Position numbers and translations under genes: made by a program. The notes beneath the pieces are model-generated. The model saw only the letters and a program-made list of their open reading frames with translations, did not search any database and had not been told where the DNA came from. Of a DNA stretch of 64,000 bases, positions 62,399 through 64,000 are shown one piece after another; position 1 is the first letter of the stretch, and every line of letters begins with the position of its first letter. The stretch is from Octopus sinensis (Eukaryota): contig NC_043019.1 in NCBI RefSeq assembly GCF_006345805.1, forward strand, positions 23,683,360 to 23,747,359, given 5' to 3'.

Positions 62399-63684
62399 GA
62401 GGGTGGGAGGGGTGGAGAGAGAAAGATAAGACGGCCCAAAAGTTCAAGAGTTAGACTGGTGCGTGTTGCTCAGTGCTCAGGAATTCAAAAACATTACTTA
62501 CCGGCATATTTCAGCCAAGTTTTTTTCTGTTTCAAGAACACATTCTACATAACTTCAGTTCCTCTGACTTTTTGCCAGACTTGGCAATGTTAGTTGGTCC
62601 AAGTTCAGAGTGGAGATTTTGTTTCCTAGCCGTAAAGAGTCTCACTTAATCGAAAATTGTAACTCGCTATATTAACTGAATGTGACTGAATTGTACATAT
62701 GTCTAACGTGTGGTACACTCCTCTTCAGCATTGCCAATCAGTTCTCTAGTTTATATTCATAAACAATTTACATACATACATATATGCATACATACATACA
62801 TTTATATTTGGTTACTTCTAAGTCGAACCAACTCGCCAATGATATCTAACAAGATTGAAACATCTTTTGTTTTTACCAGTTGATTTTGAACATATCATTC
62901 ACTCAAAATTGTTTCGTCTTCATTTAAAATAAAAAAAAATTCGATCGGCCGATATTATTGGAATTGATTTTAGATGTTAAATTTCACTACAGGGAGTTTT
63001 GTGGTCTAATTGCAAAGATAATCTAAAACTTTTCACTCATTATATTACATACGTGACACTATACAGTATGTGAATTTGGCATGCAGGACTACACCCGAGG
63101 AGTATTTACCCTCAGCCATGTGTGTGTGTATGTGTGTTTGTGTGTGTGTGTGTGTTTGTGTTTGTGTGTGTGTGTGTGTGTGTTGTGTGTGTGTGTGTGG
63201 ATGTAGATGAGAGAGAAAGTGAAGGAAGAAGAAAGACAGAGGTTGATGTAAGGAACTGATAACATTTCTATAACTAACACTAACACCCTTACTCATCTGC
63301 TGCTTTATTACAACTTTCATTCTTTTTGCATCTCCTATCGTGACTCATTCTTGTTTTATACAGATGGGCACTCGAATCTGTTAATTTTTGTTTATATTTT
63401 GGGTGTGTTTTATACATATGAATACGTTTTGCTCATGATATATTTAAATCCTTCTTAGCAGAATTCGAGCCGGACGCTATCAAAATGACAAAATTAGACC
63501 GCTGAGTCAAAGCAGTTCCAATGATGTTTGAATCAGTGACTCTGAGTTTATGCGTTAGTGTATGTCCGAATTTGAATGTCTGGTTATTTTGTTTGTATGT
63601 ATTTACGTACATACGTTTGCTTATATTTAGGATTTTAAGTAGTTCTACGCGGAATTCCAATCGGTCATTGACAAAGAGACCGGT

Positions 63685-63718
<34 letters not shown>

Positions 63719-64000
63719 TGTGTATCAAGACAGTTCCATGCTGCTTGTGAACATGTAAATGAAATTGTGTGTGTGTATGAATTGAGTATGTACATAATTT
63801 TACTACACTGCGTGTGTGTGTGTGTGAGAGAGAGATAGAGAGAAGAAGAAGAAGAAGAAGAAGAAGAGAGAGAGAGAGAGATATGACTCTGTTTCATATG
63901 TTTATACTTAATTACTCTTTAAGTAATCGGCGCAAGATGGCCAAATAGTTAAGAAGTTTACTTCACAACAATAACGTCCCGAGTTCGATCTCTTCGCGTG

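Overview
Eukaryotic, AT-rich, microsatellite-dense genomic DNA with one 100-N gap (9969-10068). The SINE families and repeat landscape look like an octopus (coleoid cephalopod) genome; this is inferred from recall, not from a search. No complete intact protein-coding gene is present, and almost all listed ORFs are artefacts of simple repeats or antisense to repeats. The window is mostly introns or intergenic DNA filled with tRNA-derived SINEs (at least five families, here called A-E), decayed LINEs (Tx1/L1, CR1, RTE, R4/Dong-like), Penelope-like element (PLE) remnants, Tc1/mariner relics and one MITE. Several short, well-bounded plus-strand exon candidates (21-77 nt) suggest an unidentified host gene, and two CpG-rich spots carry promoter-like motifs (about 10.85 kb and 21.2 kb). 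The most notable signals are (i) PLE-type hammerhead-ribozyme motifs, one with a fully intact core at 37765-37842 (-), two with a single core substitution and several fossils, and (ii) recurrent fold-back palindromes at mobile-element junctions, including a 408-bp near-perfect palindrome and one centred exactly on a hammerhead stem II. All calls were made by eye, so coordinates of decayed elements are approximate.
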